From contig JALOOE010000014.1 in NCBI GenBank assembly GCA_025454565.1, forward strand, positions 1-27,223: a stretch of 27,223 nucleotides of DNA. The letters are read 5' to 3'. Both the position numbers and the translations under genes were made by a program. Under the pieces are notes generated by a model, which was not told where the DNA came from, did not search any database, and worked only from the letters and a program-made list of their open reading frames with translations. This document shows positions 23,879 through 27,223 of this stretch, in pieces (within the stretch, counting starts at the first letter, position 1; each line of letters begins with the position of its first letter). Source of the stretch: Anaerolineae bacterium (GTDB lineage: Bacteria > Chloroflexota > Anaerolineae > CG2-30-64-16).

Positions 23879-23930
23879 GGGGCAGCGCCTTGTGCCTGCC
23901 CTGGGCGATGCCACAAGGGATCGCCCCTAC
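23875..23930. repeat. GTAG-type REP doublet (REPIN-like inverted pair)
   Basis: GTAGGGGGCAGCGCCTTGTGCCTGCCC-T-GGGCGATGCCACAAGGGATCGCCCCTAC. Each half begins with GTAG on its own strand and carries an internal palindrome. Confidence 0.8.
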
Positions 23931-24162
23931 CACGATACATTATCTGAACATCTATAGAACGCGGCTGCCGAAGACTATCGGGAGCACCGGGGCCTCGATC
24001 AGGGTATCGGCATCTCGACGAAGCGTAAGGGGCATCGCCGGCCGGCGTTCTGAAGTGTTGTCGAAGCTCATCGTCCGAGCGACGACCAGCCCCATGTCGG
24101 CTTTCTGCGCATCGCAGGGGCGGGGTCATCAAGCGGTTCACGGCAACACCTCGCGCTCTGTG

Positions 24163-25248
24163 CTAGTCTGCGTCCTCCAGCCCGTGCACCCGCCGCACGG
24201 CCCGAATCACATCCTCCACGCCGCGCTCTGGCCACGGGCTGGGACCCAGTGGATCGGGGCCGGGCGCAACCTCGCCCAGTAGCGCACGACAGAGATCGGC
24301 GACCGCGTGCGAAAGCACGGTCAAGTTGTATCCGCCCTCAAGAACGGCGATAACCTTGCCGCTGCACCACAGGTCGGTCAGCGCGAGCACCGTTTGCGCC
24401 AGCTCCCAAAAACCGCTCAACGATAGGCGCAATCCCGCCAGCGGATCATCCCAGTGCGCGTCGAACCCCGCCGAAATCAAGATCAGCTCCGGCTGGAAAC
24501 GTTCGGCCAGCGGGGTCAGGATATCGGCGTAGACGCGGCGGAAGCCGTCAGCGCCGACGCCCGCCGGCAGCGGCACGTTGACCGTGGCGCCGCGCCCCGT
24601 TCCCGCGCCGCTCTCGCCCACGCTGCCGCTGCCGGGATAATACGGGTACTGATGAGTGGAGAAACAGAGCACCTGGGGCGACTGATAGAAAATGTCCTGG
24701 GTGCCGTTGCCGTGATGCACGTCCCAATCGACGATCAGGACGCGCTGCGCCCCGAACTCGTCCAGGGCCGCCTGCGCCGCCACCGCCACGTTGTTGAGCA
24801 GGCAGAAACCCATGCCGCCGGCTCGCACTGCGTGATGTCCGGGCGGACGCACGAGTGCGATGCCATTCTGCGCGCGGCCACCCAGGACGGCACGCACCAG
24901 TTCCGCAGCGCCGCCGGCCGCCAGCCGCGCCGCATCGAAGCTGCGGCGCCCGACATAGGTGTCCGCGTCGATGTGGCCGCCGCCCTGTTCGGCGAAGGTC
25001 TGGAGCTCCTTGACATACGCCGCGTCGTGCACGCGCGCCAGCAGGCGCAGGTCGGCGGACCGCGGCGGGACGAGCGTCATGCGGTCGAGCAGCCGCGCAT
25101 CGCCCAGCCCCGCCATGATCCGCTCCAGCCGCGTCCGGTTCTCCGGATGGCCGGGCAGGTTGTGCGCCAGGAAGAGCGGATCGTAGGTGCAGGCGGTGAC
25201 TCGCGCAGGCCGCGCCGGCTCATGGTCAGCCTGGGGGGTGGATGGCAT
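24163..25248 (-). CDS. Histone deacetylase family (AcuC/AphA-like) Zn-dependent deacylase
   Basis: GHPEN..RL, IDADT, RPPGHHA, GFCLLNNVAVAA, IVDWDVHHGNGTQDIFY, STHQYPYYPGSG, VNVPLP, SAGFDAHWDDPL, LEGGY. Confidence 0.94.
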   Translation of the reverse strand: MPSTPQADHEPARPARVTACTYDPLFLAHNLPGHPENRTRLERIMAGLGDARLLDRMTLVPPRSADLRLLARVHDAAYVKELQTFAEQGGGHIDADTYVGRRSFDAARLAAGGAAELVRAVLGGRAQNGIALVRPPGHHAVRAGGMGFCLLNNVAVAAQAALDEFGAQRVLIVDWDVHHGNGTQDIFYQSPQVLCFSTHQYPYYPGSGSVGESGAGTGRGATVNVPLPAGVGADGFRRVYADILTPLAERFQPELILISAGFDAHWDDPLAGLRLSLSGFWELAQTVLALTDLWCSGKVIAVLEGGYNLTVLSHAVADLCRALLGEVAPGPDPLGPSPWPERGVEDVIRAVRRVHGLEDAD

Positions 25249-25266
25249 CACGCCGCCTCCCTGAAC

Positions 25267-25299
25267 AAAAAGAGCGACGCGCCCGAAGACGCGTCGCCC
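25267..25299 (-). terminator. Intrinsic terminator after hppA
   Basis: Minus strand GGGCGACGCGTC-TTCG-GGCGCGTCGCTC-TTTTT: a 12-bp stem with two G-U pairs, a C(UUCG)G loop and a U-tract. Confidence 0.88.
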
Positions 25300-25330
25300 G
25301 TTGCCGGTTCCCGGTTACGAGGTGCCGGGC

Positions 25331-27223
25331 TTACTTCGAATCCATCGCGTCGATGGCGTACTGCGCCGGCGCCTTGCTGCGCATCAGCGCCCAGATCATC
25401 GCGCCGACACAGACCAGCAGCATGAGCCAACCGATGACGCCGATATTCGTCTGCGCCACGATGATGGGAGCGATGATCAGGCTGATCAGGTTGATAACCT
25501 TGATCAACGGGTTAAGGGCCGGGCCGGCGGTGTCTTTCAGCGGATCACCGACGGTGTCGCCCACGACGCTCGCCTTGTGCGAGTCGGAGCCTTTGCCGCC
25601 GTAATGGCCTTCTTCCACCAGCTTCTTTGCGTTATCCCACGCGCCACCCGTGTTGGACATGAAGACCGCCAACAGTTGGCCGGAGAGGATGACACCCGCC
25701 AGGAAGCCGCCCAACGCCTGAGCGCCGAACGCGAAGCCGACCACGATGGGGATCAGGATGACCAGGATGCCGACCGGCAACAGCTCGCGCTGCGCGGCCT
25801 CAGTCGAGATACCGACGGCCAGGCGATAGTCGGGCAATACCTTGCCTTCTCGTACACCGGGCACGTCGAACTGCTTCCGCACCACAGCGACCATGCCGTT
25901 AGCGGCGCGCGCCACGGCCTTGATCAGCATTGACCCGAAGATGAGTGGGATGGCGCCGCCGATCAGCAGACCGATGAAGACGCGCGGATCAGCGACATTG
26001 ATCGACGTGACCTCGGAGCCGGGCGGCAGTTTGCCGACGGCCATGAGTTCGGCAATCACGATGTTGATATCGGTCATGAACGAACCGAACAGAGCCACCG
26101 CCGCGATAACGGCCGAGCCGATGGCGACACCCTTCGTGATGGCTTTGGTCGTGTTGCCGACCGCGTCGAGATCGGTCATGATCTTGCGAGCGCTGGCGGG
26201 CATGGAGGCCATTTCGCCGATGCCGTTGGCGTTATCGGAAATGGGGCCGAAGGAGTCCATCGACACCAGGTTGCCGGCATGAGTCAGCCAGCCGATACCG
26301 ATCAGCGCCACGCCGTAGATGATGTAGTGCGCGCCCTGGGCGCCGTATACGAGCACCGAGCACATGATGGCGGCGGCGATCAGGAGGGCGGACCAGAAGC
26401 TGGATTCGTAGCCTTCGGCCAGACCGCTGAGGATCGTGGTCGCCGGGCCGAACTGCGTGCTCTTGGCGATTTCCTGCACCGGCGCCTTTTCCGTCGCGGT
26501 GAAGTGCGCGGTCACGCGGTTCACGATGACGTTGAAGACGACGCCTACAGTCACCATGGCCGCCGGTTGCCACCAAAAGCCCAACGGACCCTCTGTGACG
26601 CCGGTCGCTGCCGCGTTTTGGGCCCGCACATACACGAAGGCCAGGAGGAAGGACAGACTGATGGTGATCACCGAAGACACTTCGTAGGCGATCTCCATGG
26701 CGTGCCAGGCATTGCCCTTGGCTACCGTGCGCTCCCAAATCGGCACGGAGAACGTGCCGACGATCGAGCTGATGACGCCGATGGCGCGTACGATCAACGG
26801 GAAGATGATCCAGTAGACCTGCCCGGTGAGCGCTACCAGCGCCAGACCCAGGATCAGTGTCGAAACGATGGTGACTTCGTAGGACTCGAAGATGTCGGCG
26901 GCCATACCAGCGCAGTCGCCCACATTGTCGCCCACCTGGTCGGCGATGACGGCCGCGTTGCGGGGATCGTCTTCTTCCAGGTTTTCTTCGACTTTACCCA
27001 CCAGGTCGGCGCCCACATCGGCCGCCTTGGTATAGATGCCGCCGCCCACGCGCATGAACAGCGCGATGAGGGTGCCGCCGAAGCCGAAGCCCAACAGTGC
27101 GTCGGGGGCCGCGGCGCCAAAGATGATGAAGATCGTGGTGCCGCCCAGCAGACCCAAACCGTCGGTCAACATGCCGGTGATCGTGCCCGAGCGGTAGGCG
27201 ATGCGCAATGCGTCGCCGAAATC
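25331..27223 (-). CDS. hppA: Membrane-bound H+-translocating pyrophosphatase, K+-independent type; 5' end outside the window
   Basis: GGGIYTKAADVGADLVGKVE..LEEDDPRN, DQVGDNVGDCAGMAADIFES, FGPISDNANGI, DLDAVGNTTKAITKG, GGAWDNAKK, GDTVGDPLKDTAGP. The frame stays open to the window edge. Confidence 0.96.
   Translation of the reverse strand, partial: DFGDALRIAYRSGTITGMLTDGLGLLGGTTIFIIFGAAAPDALLGFGFGGTLIALFMRVGGGIYTKAADVGADLVGKVEENLEEDDPRNAAVIADQVGDNVGDCAGMAADIFESYEVTIVSTLILGLALVALTGQVYWIIFPLIVRAIGVISSIVGTFSVPIWERTVAKGNAWHAMEIAYEVSSVITISLSFLLAFVYVRAQNAAATGVTEGPLGFWWQPAAMVTVGVVFNVIVNRVTAHFTATEKAPVQEIAKSTQFGPATTILSGLAEGYESSFWSALLIAAAIMCSVLVYGAQGAHYIIYGVALIGIGWLTHAGNLVSMDSFGPISDNANGIGEMASMPASARKIMTDLDAVGNTTKAITKGVAIGSAVIAAVALFGSFMTDINIVIAELMAVGKLPPGSEVTSINVADPRVFIGLLIGGAIPLIFGSMLIKAVARAANGMVAVVRKQFDVPGVREGKVLPDYRLAVGISTEAAQRELLPVGILVILIPIVVGFAFGAQALGGFLAGVILSGQLLAVFMSNTGGAWDNAKKLVEEGHYGGKGSDSHKASVVGDTVGDPLKDTAGPALNPLIKVINLISLIIAPIIVAQTNIGVIGWLMLLVCVGAMIWALMRSKAPAQYAIDAMDSK

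Noticed and set aside
1-27223. tRNA, rRNA, transposase, integrase, prophage or defence genes
   Set aside because: No cloverleaf, rRNA-like segment, or DDE/HUH/recombinase or defence-family motif was recognised in any frame.

Overview
High-GC bacterial chromosomal window, most likely Chloroflexota (Anaerolineae-like). This is an inference from the Pro/Ala/Thr-rich lipoprotein linkers, the GAAC-N4-GTTC LexA box and the intergenic heptamer arrays. It has four parts. (1) 1-4539 (-): a TPP-riboswitch-led thiamine salvage operon thiN-thiB-thiP-thiQ; thiP is broken by an apparent internal deletion, and heptamer arrays fill two gene junctions. (2) 4608-7399: lexA reading in frame, with no stop codon, into a 3-methyladenine DNA glycosylase (mpg), behind a consensus promoter with a LexA box in its spacer; then nudC and rsfS. 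(3) 7513-23930 (+): a tightly packed 15-gene carbohydrate/sugar-acid catabolic cluster. It encodes a wHTH-FCD regulator, an aldo/keto reductase, a glycyl radical enzyme with no activase in the window, a CUT1 ABC transporter with two lesions, a beta-propeller hydrolase-like protein, a DapA-family lyase, a LarA-family racemase/epimerase, a split UxaA-family dehydratase, a YihV-like PfkB kinase, a class II aldolase, a PMI-like cupin and GalM, and it ends in a GTAG REP doublet. (4) 24163-27223 (-): a K+-independent H+-pyrophosphatase (partial) and a histone-deacetylase-family enzyme. The strongest novelty candidates are the GRE + LarA + UxaA catabolic cluster and the LexA-Mpg read-through. Several lesions could be assembly artefacts and need read-level checking. 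All family assignments come from motif recognition by eye; no searches were run.
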